From assembly GCA_049975265.1 (NCBI GenBank), contig JBNGDF010000021.1:3599-41722 (forward strand): a stretch of 38,124 bases of DNA, given 5' to 3'. Source of the DNA: Fidelibacterota bacterium (lineage in GTDB: Bacteria > Fidelibacterota > UBA2242). The position numbers and the translations under genes were made by a program. Of this stretch, positions 1 through 9,943 are shown piece by piece. The notes under the pieces are model-generated. The model searched no databases, was not told the origin of the DNA, and saw only the letters and a list, made by a program, of their open reading frames with translations. How positions within the stretch are numbered: position 1 is the first letter of the stretch; each line of letters opens with the position of its first letter.

Positions 1-165
1 CGTCCTCTCCGGTTCCTGGATCTGAAATTTGGTGTGCAGCTTAATCCTGACCGATATTCCGGCGGTCTTGCGCTCCATCTGAAAGGGTTGAGTATCGATC
101 TTGCCTATCAGCACCATCAGGTGCTGCCCTATACTATTTATTACGGCATTGGATGCGGTTTCTGA
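1..165 (+). CDS. Partial (3' end) outer-membrane beta-barrel-like hypothetical protein
   Basis: Frame 1 is open from base 1: RPLRFLDLKFGVQLNPDRYSGGLALHLKGLSIDLAYQHHQVLPYTIYYGIGCGF*. It shows alternating beta-strand patterns and a terminal Phe, and its TGA overlaps the next ATG (TGATG 163-167). Confidence 0.6.
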   Translation, partial: RPLRFLDLKFGVQLNPDRYSGGLALHLKGLSIDLAYQHHQVLPYTIYYGIGCGF

Positions 166-1979
166 TGAAAATCGCAAAATTCCTGGTGCTCTCGGTGGTC
201 TTACCCTTATGCATTTTCGGCTATGATCTGAGTGATACCGGCATCGACTTGTCACTGTTGGAGGAGCAAATTTCAGAGGAGCAACTGGAAAATTACCTGG
301 AGGATTTTATCAGCAACCCGCTGGAATGGAACCGCTCAACAACGGCGGATATCGAAATGCTGCCGCTAAATGATGCGTTGATAGACCGGCTGGTGGCGCT
401 GAAAAAGAACAGCCCCGGGTTTGACGACTGGCAACAGTTTCAGGATGCGGCGCAGCTGGATCAACGCAGCCTGCAGACAGTGAAGCTGTTTTTTCGAATC
501 GATGGGGACCGTTTTAACCGGGCGATGAATCTGGTGAATTATATTTCGGTTCACCAGAAGGAGGAGGTAGATTTAAACAGGAGTCAGCTGCGGGGCAACA
601 TCGTGGCGCAGCCCCGCCTGACGATCGGATTTATTGTCGAGCGCGACCGGGAAGAGAAGCAGCTTTTTGATTACCGGAATATGAGTGTTACCACACACCC
701 CTTTTCGGATTTCTACACTGTCGGGCTTGCCGCGTATAAATTGAACTGGGGTCACGGATTGCTGTTTTCACGCAGCAATCTGGCGTTCAAAGGTACTTCA
801 GTCAGTGGGAATGTCATGGCGGGAACGCCGCGGCTCAGCCCACACAACAGTGCCGATGAAAACCGCTATCTGTGGGGTGGCTATTTCAGCAGGGAGGGAC
901 ACCGTTTGACGCTGTTCTCCTTTGTCTCCCGGCAGCGCCTCGATGCAACTATTGAGGATTCGATGGTATCCGGTTTTCGGGAAACCGGAACCCACAGTAC
1001 GGATTCCGAATGGGCTGCCAAAGATACCCTGCTGGAAAACACTATCGGTGGCGGTCTGCATCTGAAAAGCGATTGGGTGTTTCTGGGATTAATGGTTTTT
1101 CAGTCCGTCTATTCCCATCCCATCGCTGCATACGGCAATCAAAACCGGCGGCGGGGTGTTTCGCTTTTCCACAAATTTCGGTGGGGCGACTGGCGTTTCT
1201 CAGGCGAAATAGCGCTGCTCAATCCGCAAAATTATGCTCTCATGCAGGGATTTGTCTGTCGGGTAGAAAACATCAGTATTGGTGTTCAATACCGCTATTT
1301 TTGTGACCATTACGGCACACGGTTGATGTCGGTGATGAAGGAATACACCAGTGTCGGCGGAAACGAGCAGGGGCTGTATATGGGTCTGGAGTGCCGTTTG
1401 AAAAAGGGGTTCAAAACCGGCGGATACATTGATTTTTTTGCCCAACACCGCTCCTTGGCAAACGGAACCGAACCGCACGGAGGTACGGAAGCCGTTGCCT
1501 TTCTGGACCGCATCTGGGTGGGACACCATAGTCTGAGGCTGCGTCTGAAACGGGCAATAAGCGGAACAGCGAATGCCAGGCACCAGCTATCTGCTGTCGG
1601 GCGATACTATGTTTGGTCAGGGATAAATCTGACATTAAGGGGCGTTGTGAACGCAGTGAATCGACAGTATTCGTCTGCCGCCAGCATCGCCGGTACCTTC
1701 CGAAAGCAGGACAACCTGTCGCTGACCTTGGGGACAACACACTTCTTTTCACCGAACTTTGATACTCGCATCTATCTCTATGAAGCGGGTATTCCCATGC
1801 GTTTCAACATGGTGTCGCTGACGGGTACCGGACGGCGCTATTTCGGGACCATGCAACACCACTTTGAAAACGGCACGAAGGCGGCTGTTTCACTGAAAAC
1901 TCAAAAGCGGCGACTCCTGGCGGACACCAAAGCCAGCCGCACTTTTCTGCTGGAATTCCAGATGGTAGTTGATTTATGA
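165..1979 (+). CDS. ComEA-like helix-hairpin-helix domain protein with C-terminal beta-barrel (FCB-type HhH protein)
   Basis: Signal peptide MKIAKFLVLSVVLPLCIFG; degenerate HhH region NPLEWNRSTTADIEMLP; WGHGLLF, ENRYLWG, GTHSTDSE and RIYLYE motifs typical of this family. ATG at 165 chosen because it is coupled to the upstream stop. Confidence 0.65.
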   Translation: MKIAKFLVLSVVLPLCIFGYDLSDTGIDLSLLEEQISEEQLENYLEDFISNPLEWNRSTTADIEMLPLNDALIDRLVALKKNSPGFDDWQQFQDAAQLDQRSLQTVKLFFRIDGDRFNRAMNLVNYISVHQKEEVDLNRSQLRGNIVAQPRLTIGFIVERDREEKQLFDYRNMSVTTHPFSDFYTVGLAAYKLNWGHGLLFSRSNLAFKGTSVSGNVMAGTPRLSPHNSADENRYLWGGYFSREGHRLTLFSFVSRQRLDATIEDSMVSGFRETGTHSTDSEWAAKDTLLENTIGGGLHLKSDWVFLGLMVFQSVYSHPIAAYGNQNRRRGVSLFHKFRWGDWRFSGEIALLNPQNYALMQGFVCRVENISIGVQYRYFCDHYGTRLMSVMKEYTSVGGNEQGLYMGLECRLKKGFKTGGYIDFFAQHRSLANGTEPHGGTEAVAFLDRIWVGHHSLRLRLKRAISGTANARHQLSAVGRYYVWSGINLTLRGVVNAVNRQYSSAASIAGTFRKQDNLSLTLGTTHFFSPNFDTRIYLYEAGIPMRFNMVSLTGTGRRYFGTMQHHFENGTKAAVSLKTQKRRLLADTKASRTFLLEFQMVVDL

Positions 1980-2011
1980 GGTGTTAGTTCGTAATTTCCT
2001 GCCGGAATGGA

Positions 2012-3565
2012 ATGAAACACAGACTTTTTTTTATATTCATAGCACTACAGTTAATACTGGTCGGAGCGGTACCGGAAAAGCTGCTGATCAGCCAACCGGT
2101 GCCTAAAAAGCCGGATCAGAACATTACCGTCCTCACGATCGGTGCGATCCGCTATGTCTCGGCGCAGGATTTTGCCGACGCGCTGGCTGTGCGGACTTAC
2201 TACCGGAAAGAGACCGGTAAAATCGTTCTCTTCTTCGACCGGAACAAGGTAAAATTAACGGCGAACAACTGTTTTTTGATGGTAGATGCCCAGGTATTTC
2301 AGATGTCTGCTCCGGCGCGTCTGATCGATGACGAAATATTTGTTCCGGTGACTTCGTTTTTGTCGTTATTAAAGCAAAATTCTCTGCCCGAATTGCGCTA
2401 CACGATAGAGAAGACGGGAGGTTCGGTCTTTGTCCATGAAAACCGGGTGTCGCACCAAAAGCCACCGTCCGTGTCTCCCGTGGGCGGACCGAAAACTCTG
2501 GCCGGTATTCAGTTCGAGGAGAAAGCCAACGGCGTAGAGGTGCGGATCAGGACGCTCGGATCCTTTACTGATTCGGATTTTTCCAGCTTTTTTAAGGGAG
2601 ATAACTGGTTTTATCTGACGATTAACGGAGCCGATGGTGACTCCGCCGGTCTCTCATCTATCTATCCCACCAATTCCTTTCAACGGGTCATTGCGTTGCC
2701 TACCGGCTCCTCCGTTCAGATCGGGTTTCAGCTGAACCGGCGTTTTAAATCGGCGGATGTCCATTTCGATTTGCGAAAAAGCGAGATTTTGCTCTCGCTG
2801 TTCTTGCCCCTGAATCGCGATATCCGGCGAAAAATTGAGGAGGCGAAGACCGCCTGGATCATTGATACGATCGTGCTGGATCCCGGACATGGCGGCAAGG
2901 ACGGTGGCACACCCGGTCATTGGGGCTATATGCATGAAAAGGATATCGTGCTGGATATTGCCTTGCGCGTCGGGCGTCTGCTGGAGAAAAACACCGATAT
3001 TAATGTTGTTTATACTCGTAAAACTGATGTATTCGTACCCCTTTGGAAGCGTGCTGAGATCGCCAACAAAGAGGGTGGCAAACTCTTCATCAGCCTGCAT
3101 GTCAATGCCACGCCGAAAATCTCGAACGCTGAGGGGCTGGAGTTTTATCTGCTGCGCCCCGGTCGATCCGAAGAGGCGATTAAAATCGCCGAAGCGGAGA
3201 ACTCGGTTATCCATCTGGAAGATGAGGAGGACAAACTGAAGTATCAGGGCTATGATGACATTACCAATATTCTCGCCAATATGGTACATTCGACCAATAT
3301 GAAAGATAGTGAGCTGATTGCCAGCATTATGTCCAAAAAATTCACACAGCTGGTGCCCCAGAAGAACCGCGGTATTAAACAGGCGGGATTTTATGTTCTC
3401 GTCGGTGCCGATATGCCAAAACTGCTTTGCGAGCTGGGGTATAATACCAACAAAGAGGAGGCCCGGAAATTAAACAGCGCCAAGCATCGCCAGAAAATTG
3501 CCGAAGCGATATACCGGAGTATCCTCGAATTTAAGGAGGTCAGTGATAAATCCCTTTCCGGATAA
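2012..3565 (+). CDS. N-acetylmuramoyl-L-alanine amidase (Amidase_3) with N-terminal accessory domains
   Basis: Signal peptide; Zn-ligand motifs LDPGHGGKD, EKDIVL, FISLHVN and LCELGY; RGIKQAGFYVL. Confidence 0.92.
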   Translation: MKHRLFFIFIALQLILVGAVPEKLLISQPVPKKPDQNITVLTIGAIRYVSAQDFADALAVRTYYRKETGKIVLFFDRNKVKLTANNCFLMVDAQVFQMSAPARLIDDEIFVPVTSFLSLLKQNSLPELRYTIEKTGGSVFVHENRVSHQKPPSVSPVGGPKTLAGIQFEEKANGVEVRIRTLGSFTDSDFSSFFKGDNWFYLTINGADGDSAGLSSIYPTNSFQRVIALPTGSSVQIGFQLNRRFKSADVHFDLRKSEILLSLFLPLNRDIRRKIEEAKTAWIIDTIVLDPGHGGKDGGTPGHWGYMHEKDIVLDIALRVGRLLEKNTDINVVYTRKTDVFVPLWKRAEIANKEGGKLFISLHVNATPKISNAEGLEFYLLRPGRSEEAIKIAEAENSVIHLEDEEDKLKYQGYDDITNILANMVHSTNMKDSELIASIMSKKFTQLVPQKNRGIKQAGFYVLVGADMPKLLCELGYNTNKEEARKLNSAKHRQKIAEAIYRSILEFKEVSDKSLSG

Positions 3566-4385
3566 GACGAATGTCAACCCGCGACCGATCGGCGTTTTTG
3601 ATTCCGGTCTGGGTGGTCTGACCGTCGTGAAACAGCTGATGGTGCACCTTCCTCGGGAGTCGATAATCTATTTCGGCGATACCGCCCGGGTACCCTATGG
3701 TACAAAGAGTCCCGAGACTATCCAGAAGTATGCCATTGAGATTGCCCGGTTTCTGCAGACGCAAGGTGTCAAACTGATTGTGGTCGCCTGCAATACCGTT
3801 TCCAGCGTTGCCATGGAAGAGGTCAAGGCGGTCAGCACGGTTCCAGTCGTCGGGGTGATCGAACCCGGGGCGCGGGCGGCGCTGGCGCAGAGTACCGGCA
3901 AGCGAATCGGCGTTATCGGGACAAGCGCGACGGTTTCCGCCGGAAAATATACCGTCGTACTCCAGACTATGGATTCCGCTGTAATGGTGTATTCACAGGC
4001 TTGTCCGCTCTTTGTGCCCCTTGTGGAAGAGGGCTGGATCGATAACAGGATTACCGAAATGGTGGCACGTGTTTACCTGGAACCTCTGGCACGGCAGTCC
4101 ATCGATACACTGATCCTCGGCTGCACCCATTATCCGATCATCAAGAACACGATCCGTAAAGTCCTTGACGGAAATATTGCGATTGTAGACAGCGCCGTTC
4201 AGACCGCCCTGGAGGTTCGCCGGCAGATTTCGGTGAACGGGCTGGCAAATATAACCGGAAAAACAGCCGATTATCGGTTTTATGTCAGCGATTTTCCTCA
4301 GAGATTTGAAGAAATTGCCCGCCGGCTGTTGGGTCAGTCGCTGAGTAATATCCAGCGGATTTCGCTTGACCACTGTCACCCATGA
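3543..4385 (+). CDS. murI: Glutamate racemase
   Basis: IGVFDSGLGGLTV, VACNTVS and LGCTHYP motifs. GTG at 3543 follows AAGGAGG; the start is approximate. Confidence 0.95.
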   Translation: MINPFPDKTNVNPRPIGVFDSGLGGLTVVKQLMVHLPRESIIYFGDTARVPYGTKSPETIQKYAIEIARFLQTQGVKLIVVACNTVSSVAMEEVKAVSTVPVVGVIEPGARAALAQSTGKRIGVIGTSATVSAGKYTVVLQTMDSAVMVYSQACPLFVPLVEEGWIDNRITEMVARVYLEPLARQSIDTLILGCTHYPIIKNTIRKVLDGNIAIVDSAVQTALEVRRQISVNGLANITGKTADYRFYVSDFPQRFEEIARRLLGQSLSNIQRISLDHCHP

Positions 4386-5683
4386 CCCGCCCCCCGCTTC
4401 ATCCAAGTAATTTTCAACAGCAGCTGGATTACCTCTACAGTCTGGACGGCAGGGGGATTAAGCCGGGGCTGAGGCGGATTCTAGAATTTCTGGACAGAAT
4501 CGGAAATCCCCAATCAATGCTGACGACTATCCATGTCGCCGGAACCAACGGTAAGGGCAGCACCTGCGCAATGCTTGCATCTGTGTTGCAGGCAGCCGGT
4601 CTGCGTGTCGGAATGTACACATCTCCCCATCTCGTCAGATTCAATGAGCGCATTCGCATCAATCAGGATCAAATCAGCGACGGTGAAATTGTCGCGTTTC
4701 TGGACAGACACCAGCCGCTTATTGAGGAGTTGGATACCACCTTTTTTGAAACCACTACGGCAATGGCGCTGGAATATTTTGCTGACCGGGCAGTGGATGT
4801 TGCCATTCTGGAAACCGGCATGGGCGGTCGGTACGATGCCACCAATGTCACTACACCGCTGATGTCAATAATTTCGCCTATTGGTAAGGATCACGAAGAA
4901 TTTCTGGGAAAAACCCTGGCGGGCATTGCCCTGGAAAAAGCCGGCATCATCAAACCCGGGGTACCGGTGGTCTGCGCCGGGCAGAAACCGCATATCCGAA
5001 AGTTACTCACACAGGAAGCAGGTAAAAAACAGGCTCCTTTTTTCTATGCTCCCGAGATCGGTCATATCAAAGTAACGGCACGCTATCCGGATCGACAGAT
5101 CCTCCGGATCTGCTCGGACAAATATCCACTTGACTGTCAGGAATTTCCCTTTATAGGAGATCATCAAATCGACAACCTGATGACGGTTCTTGCCGCCGTA
5201 GGCAAACTGAGCGTTTTTCCGGTTTCCGGCGCTGCCGTGGCATCCGGCTTGTCGACTGCCCGTTGGCCTGGTCGTCTGGAACTCCTGTCCCGGGAGCCGC
5301 TGATATATTATGATGTTGGGCATAATGTACACGGTATCCGCCAGGTGATTTTCACCCTTAAGCGCAACTTTCCCGCCGAAAAATTCAACCTGCTGATTGC
5401 CCTTGGCGCCCCCAAAAAGGTTGGGCATCTGGGGAAAATCCTTCGTAATATCGCTAAGGCGGTCTGGGTCTCCGAGATACCGGGGAAAAAATCCATTCCG
5501 GCAGACGTTCTGGCAACCGCCCTGAAACGCGATCTGCCTCAGATACCGGTGACCGCGGATGCCGATTTCAGCCGGATATTCCGCCGTTTAATGGGGTCTC
5601 TCAGAGCCAACGACCGATTGTTAATTCTGGGCAGCCACTACTTCTCGTCGGTGATTTACGATTTCTTTAAAATAAATGTTTGA
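4382..5683 (+). CDS. folC: Bifunctional folylpolyglutamate synthase/dihydrofolate synthase
   Basis: HVAGTNGKGS, YTSPHL, ETGMGGRYDATN, WPGRLE and DVGHN motifs; ATGA overlap with murI. Confidence 0.95.
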   Translation: MTRPPLHPSNFQQQLDYLYSLDGRGIKPGLRRILEFLDRIGNPQSMLTTIHVAGTNGKGSTCAMLASVLQAAGLRVGMYTSPHLVRFNERIRINQDQISDGEIVAFLDRHQPLIEELDTTFFETTTAMALEYFADRAVDVAILETGMGGRYDATNVTTPLMSIISPIGKDHEEFLGKTLAGIALEKAGIIKPGVPVVCAGQKPHIRKLLTQEAGKKQAPFFYAPEIGHIKVTARYPDRQILRICSDKYPLDCQEFPFIGDHQIDNLMTVLAAVGKLSVFPVSGAAVASGLSTARWPGRLELLSREPLIYYDVGHNVHGIRQVIFTLKRNFPAEKFNLLIALGAPKKVGHLGKILRNIAKAVWVSEIPGKKSIPADVLATALKRDLPQIPVTADADFSRIFRRLMGSLRANDRLLILGSHYFSSVIYDFFKINV

Positions 5684-5707
5684 CAATCGCCGAATAGTCA
5701 TTATATT
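5680..5707 (+). promoter_or_regulatory. Sigma70-type promoter for rho
   Basis: TTGACA (5680-5685), 16-nt spacer, TATATT (5702-5707), about 95 nt upstream of the rho ATG. Confidence 0.6.
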
Positions 5708-5801
5708 TCCCGGTGTGAATAGTTAGGCCACATTTTCGACCTGCCAATTAACAGAAAATCACTTTTGAACTAATTCTATCTAATAATAGGAAAAATTAAT
5801 A

Positions 5802-7061
5802 ATGGAAAAAGAACTGACGATTGCATCGCTTCAAGCAATGCGAATCAAGGACCTGACCGATCTGGCGGTGAAACTGGAAATACCGGAGCATACCGGTTTA
5901 AAGAAGATTGACCTGATCTACAAGATCCTGGAAGCCAGTGCCCAAAAAGAGGGTCGCATCTTTTCTCAGGGTGTTTTGCAGGTAATGGATGAGGGTTACG
6001 GTTTTCTGCGTTCGGAAGAATTCAGCTACCTGCCCGGTCCCGATGATGTCTATATCTCCCCCTCCCAGATCAAACGATTCGGTTTGCGTACCGGTCATAT
6101 TGTTTCCGGGCAGATTCGACCTCCCAAGGATAATGAGAAATTTTTTGCGCTGCTGCGGGTGGATGCGGTGAATATGCTGGATCCCGAAGAGGTAAAAACG
6201 AAAAAACCCTTTGATACGTTGACCCCGCTTTATCCCGAAAGCCGAATCCAGCTGGAGACCGACCACAAGAATCTCTCCATGCGGGTGATGGACCTCTTAT
6301 GCCCGATCGGCAAGGGTCAGCGCGGCTTGATCGTTGCCCAGCCGAAAACCGGGAAAACAATTCTGTTGCAGCAGATCGCCAACAGTATTACAACGAATCA
6401 TCCCGAGATCATCCTGATCGTTCTGCTGATCGATGAACGTCCGGAAGAGGTGACAGACATGGAGCGCTCGGTGAAAGCGGAAGTGGTCAGTTCTACTTTT
6501 GATGAACCACCGGAGCGGCATGTTCAGGTATCCGACATGGTGCTGGAAAAAGCCAAACGCATGGTGGAGCTCGGTTTCCATGTGGTCATTCTGCTGGATA
6601 GTATCACCCGGCTTGCCCGGGCTCACAATGCTGTAGTGCCTCACAGCGGCAAGATTTTATCCGGCGGTATCGATGCCAATGCCCTGCACCGTCCGAAACG
6701 GTTTTTTGGCTCGGCGCGGAATATCGAGGAGGGCGGCAGCCTGACGATTATTGCCACTGCTCTGATAGATACCGGCAGCCGGATGGACGATGTGATCTTT
6801 GAGGAGTTTAAGGGCACCGGCAATATGGAACTCGTCCTGGACCGCCGGCTGACCGACCGCCGCGTGTTTCCGTCAATTGACGTAAACCGCTCCGGAACCC
6901 GCAAAGAGGAACTGCTGATGTCCTCGGCTGAATTAGCCCGGGTCTGGGTGCTGCGCAAACTGCTGAACGAAATGAATCCCGTAGAGGCAATGGAGTTTCT
7001 GCTGGAAAAAATGAAGCGGGTCAACAGCAATCGCGAATTTCTCAAGTCCATGAACCAGTAG
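5802..7061 (+). CDS. rho: Transcription termination factor Rho
   Basis: [54 protein letters not shown]; 419 aa with no N-terminal insertion. Confidence 0.98.
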   Translation: MEKELTIASLQAMRIKDLTDLAVKLEIPEHTGLKKIDLIYKILEASAQKEGRIFSQGVLQVMDEGYGFLRSEEFSYLPGPDDVYISPSQIKRFGLRTGHIVSGQIRPPKDNEKFFALLRVDAVNMLDPEEVKTKKPFDTLTPLYPESRIQLETDHKNLSMRVMDLLCPIGKGQRGLIVAQPKTGKTILLQQIANSITTNHPEIILIVLLIDERPEEVTDMERSVKAEVVSSTFDEPPERHVQVSDMVLEKAKRMVELGFHVVILLDSITRLARAHNAVVPHSGKILSGGIDANALHRPKRFFGSARNIEEGGSLTIIATALIDTGSRMDDVIFEEFKGTGNMELVLDRRLTDRRVFPSIDVNRSGTRKEELLMSSAELARVWVLRKLLNEMNPVEAMEFLLEKMKRVNSNREFLKSMNQ

Positions 7062-7319
7062 CCGCTCCGGATCGCGCTTTGCTGTTCTGAATAAGCCGGC
7101 TCGGCTGTTCTACCCGACGTGGGGTTGCAAAAGATACCGTTATGGATCGGGGTCATATCCCAAGCGATTGTTTGGTTCGTCTGAAAAGAAACTCTTGACA
7201 ATTCCAGATATATCTATGAATTTAGCACGGGAACAAAGCAACGTTTTATATTTGGAAAATACAGGTGACATGTTAAGTCAAGTCAATGAAAGATGATGAG
7301 CAACCGGAGAGATATCTGA

Positions 7320-7556
7320 ATGACGGATAAATACAACGCCAGTAAGAAAAAAACGAAACTTCCCTATGATTCCAAAATTGATGAAAAATGTCAGAAATGT
7401 TCCGGCAATATTGTCTACCGGAGGAGTTCGTATTTTGGCAAAAAGACCTATTTCAAAATTTGTAACAATTGTGGCTGGTACAAACTGATGGATGCCGAAT
7501 CCTGGGCAAGGGCAATTGCCGATCATGGTGCTGCCGGTGAAGAGGGTATCGATTAA
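7320..7556 (+). CDS. Small putative zinc-ribbon protein
   Basis: 78 aa with CQKC and CNNC pairs about 20 aa apart; GGAG upstream; a TTGACA at 7195-7200 suggests a promoter ahead of it. Confidence 0.65.
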   Translation: MTDKYNASKKKTKLPYDSKIDEKCQKCSGNIVYRRSSYFGKKTYFKICNNCGWYKLMDAESWARAIADHGAAGEEGID

Positions 7557-7568
7557 TTTCGGGTATTA

Positions 7569-8189
7569 TTGAATTTTATCATTCCAGTTGCTTTAAACCG
7601 TGAGCTGACTCCGCTGCGACAGCATCTGTCAGCGGTGTTTGCCGGCGAGCAGGATGTCCGTCTGATATTTAAAAAGATAACACCCGGTTTCCGGCAGCCG
7701 GCAGAGATCGGAAGGATTACCGGCGATGTGGCTATCAATGCCGGGACCGCCGGTGCCATTGACGAGATGATAACACCCCTTCAGACTTTTTTGGCATCTT
7801 CCTTTATTAATCATCAGGGGCAAATCATCGATCAGCCCGAATTATTCCATAATTATAAATTTCTGGAAACCTTAATGCCGGTTCATTGGCAAAGGGGTCG
7901 GCTTTTGACTGTGTCGGAACCGGTGTTGTCTGCCCGCACTAGACAGCAGTTCCAGACCGGTTATCAAGCCGCCGCAGTGGATATGGAGGCTTTTACCGTT
8001 GCCCGCTACTGTCTTCAAAAAAAAATGTCCTTTCTTTCGCTGAAAGTGATTTCCGATACGGCGGATTCCGAAACTTTACTTAAATTTAAACAGAATTTGG
8101 ACAAAGCGATTGAAATTTTAAGTGAGCAGCTGGTCATTTTGATCAAAATCCTGCAGGAAAATCAGGAGCGAATGTTTCTCAATGGATGA
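7569..8189 (+). CDS. Nucleoside phosphorylase/MTA-SAH nucleosidase-like protein (PNP_UDP_1 superfamily)
   Basis: VALNREL, INAGTAGA, GRLLTV, AVDMEA and LKVISD motifs; the TTG start is uncertain. Confidence 0.75.
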   Translation: MNFIIPVALNRELTPLRQHLSAVFAGEQDVRLIFKKITPGFRQPAEIGRITGDVAINAGTAGAIDEMITPLQTFLASSFINHQGQIIDQPELFHNYKFLETLMPVHWQRGRLLTVSEPVLSARTRQQFQTGYQAAAVDMEAFTVARYCLQKKMSFLSLKVISDTADSETLLKFKQNLDKAIEILSEQLVILIKILQENQERMFLNG

Positions 8190-9054
8190 TCCGGGCAAAG
8201 TATCGGTAATCATTCCCACTTATAATCGGGGTGAAGTGCTGGAGCGGGCGATCAAATCCGTCCTGAACCAGACCTATCAAAACTATGAAATTATCGTGGT
8301 GGACGATGGCTCCACGGATAACACCCATCGAATTCTGAAGAAATACGGTAACAAAATCCGTTACTACTCCAAGCTGCACGGCGGGGTCTCTTCCAGCCGT
8401 AATTTCGGACTGGAAAAATCCGAAGGCAGCTGGGTCGCATTTCTGGACTCTGATGACTACTGGCTGCCGGAAAAGTTGGAAAGGCAGATAGAATTTGTCC
8501 AGCAGAATCCGGAATTCCTGATTGTGCAGACCGACGAAAAATGGATTCGCCACGGAAAGTTTGTCAATCCCATGAAGAAACACCGCAAATACGGCGGCTG
8601 GATTTTTAAACAGTGTCTGCCGCTCTGTATAGTAAGTCCGTCGGCGGTTATGGTGCATCAACGGGTCTTCAACGATGTGGGAGTGTTTGATGAAAATCTT
8701 CCGGTTTGTGAGGATTATGACCTCTGGTTGCGGATCTCCCGCAAATATCCAATCGGTTTGATCGAGGAGAAACTAATCGTAAAGACCGGTGGTCACGCGG
8801 ATCAGCTCTCCCGGCAGTACTGGGGCATGGATCGCTATCGAATTATGGCATTGGAGAATATTCTCAATAATGAGCTCAGCGCCGAGCAGTATGGGCTGGT
8901 ACTAAAGGAAATCATTAAAAAACTCACCGTGCTGGAAACCGGTCGCCGGAAACGTCACGATCTGCCGAACATTTTCGCCGGTAAGCTCAGCGAGTATCGG
9001 AGTAAACTTGAAGATTTTCGGAAAACCGGTCATCCTGACCACCGAACAGCTTGA
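8182..9054 (+). CDS. Glycosyltransferase family 2 (GT-A)
   Basis: VSVIIPTYNR, VVDDGSTD, AFLDSDD and EDYDLWLR motifs. Confidence 0.92.
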   Translation: MDDPGKVSVIIPTYNRGEVLERAIKSVLNQTYQNYEIIVVDDGSTDNTHRILKKYGNKIRYYSKLHGGVSSSRNFGLEKSEGSWVAFLDSDDYWLPEKLERQIEFVQQNPEFLIVQTDEKWIRHGKFVNPMKKHRKYGGWIFKQCLPLCIVSPSAVMVHQRVFNDVGVFDENLPVCEDYDLWLRISRKYPIGLIEEKLIVKTGGHADQLSRQYWGMDRYRIMALENILNNELSAEQYGLVLKEIIKKLTVLETGRRKRHDLPNIFAGKLSEYRSKLEDFRKTGHPDHRTA

Positions 9055-9943
9055 TCAGGAGGATCGCCGCTTTGATCTGTTTCTGCCTGACCGGCAGGAA
9101 TACGATATTACGCAGACGATTTTAGTGCAGCAAACTGACCGGAAATACCGCATCGTTGACGGTTTTGAAATTTTGACCGCCGGTTTACCCGCCGACCGGC
9201 AAGTCCCGGTGGTGGTTTTTCCACCCAATGCGCAAGTGCTGGATATTTTGCAGACGCTTGTACTCATTAAACAGAATCGGCGTCCGCTGTTGCCTGTCGA
9301 AATCTGCAGGATTTTCCAATTTGCCGGAAGTCAGAATAGCAGTGATGCCGAGATTATCGAGACGCTGTACCCGGCATTGGGTTTTCGGAAGGACCCCAAA
9401 ATCATCAAACAGTATCGCGACCTGGCGTCAATCGGTGCACCGCTTGATCAGTTTTTAATTGCGAAAAAAGCACCGCTAAAAATATGGCAGCTGGTCGCGA
9501 AACAGTACCGGAAAGTCCGGCATTATCTGGAAATGCTGATTCCTCTGCGCCCGACTTTGAGCCTTTTTGAAGAGTTGATTATCCATCTGTATGAAATAAG
9601 CCAGCGGGACAGCCTTTCCCCGGAAAAGCTGTTTGCGCAGCTCCGCTGGCAGGCATTATTACAGGCTGAAAATCAGACACCGCAAGAGCGGCTACAAAAA
9701 ATCCGGGTAGCGGTTTTCCAACGCCGTTATCCCGTATTGTCAGCTCATCGGGAAAAAGTGCGGGCGCGCCTCGAAAAAATATCCCTCCCGGACAATGCCA
9801 CCTTGCTTTGCGATGATACCTTTGAGAAGAAGGAGATCCGGCTGGTATGGTCTCTATCATCTCCGCAGGATCTGGTGAAGATGCAGGAGTTTTATTTTGC
9901 CGAGACAATTCAAAAACTGCGGAAACTGCTTGACACAATATAA
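9008..9943 (+). CDS. Hypothetical protein with degenerate ParB/Srx-like N-terminus
   Basis: ILVQ..KYRIVDGF..VPVVV resembles the ParB N-terminal fold; the remainder is helical with RRYP. Overlaps GT2 and abuts the radical SAM gene; start uncertain. Confidence 0.55.
   Translation: MKIFGKPVILTTEQLDQEDRRFDLFLPDRQEYDITQTILVQQTDRKYRIVDGFEILTAGLPADRQVPVVVFPPNAQVLDILQTLVLIKQNRRPLLPVEICRIFQFAGSQNSSDAEIIETLYPALGFRKDPKIIKQYRDLASIGAPLDQFLIAKKAPLKIWQLVAKQYRKVRHYLEMLIPLRPTLSLFEELIIHLYEISQRDSLSPEKLFAQLRWQALLQAENQTPQERLQKIRVAVFQRRYPVLSAHREKVRARLEKISLPDNATLLCDDTFEKKEIRLVWSLSSPQDLVKMQEFYFAETIQKLRKLLDTI

Noticed and set aside
7062..7319. ncRNA or terminator after rho
   Set aside because: Only short weak stems with no U-tract or recognisable RNA motif; the -10 matching the TTGACA at 7195 is poor.
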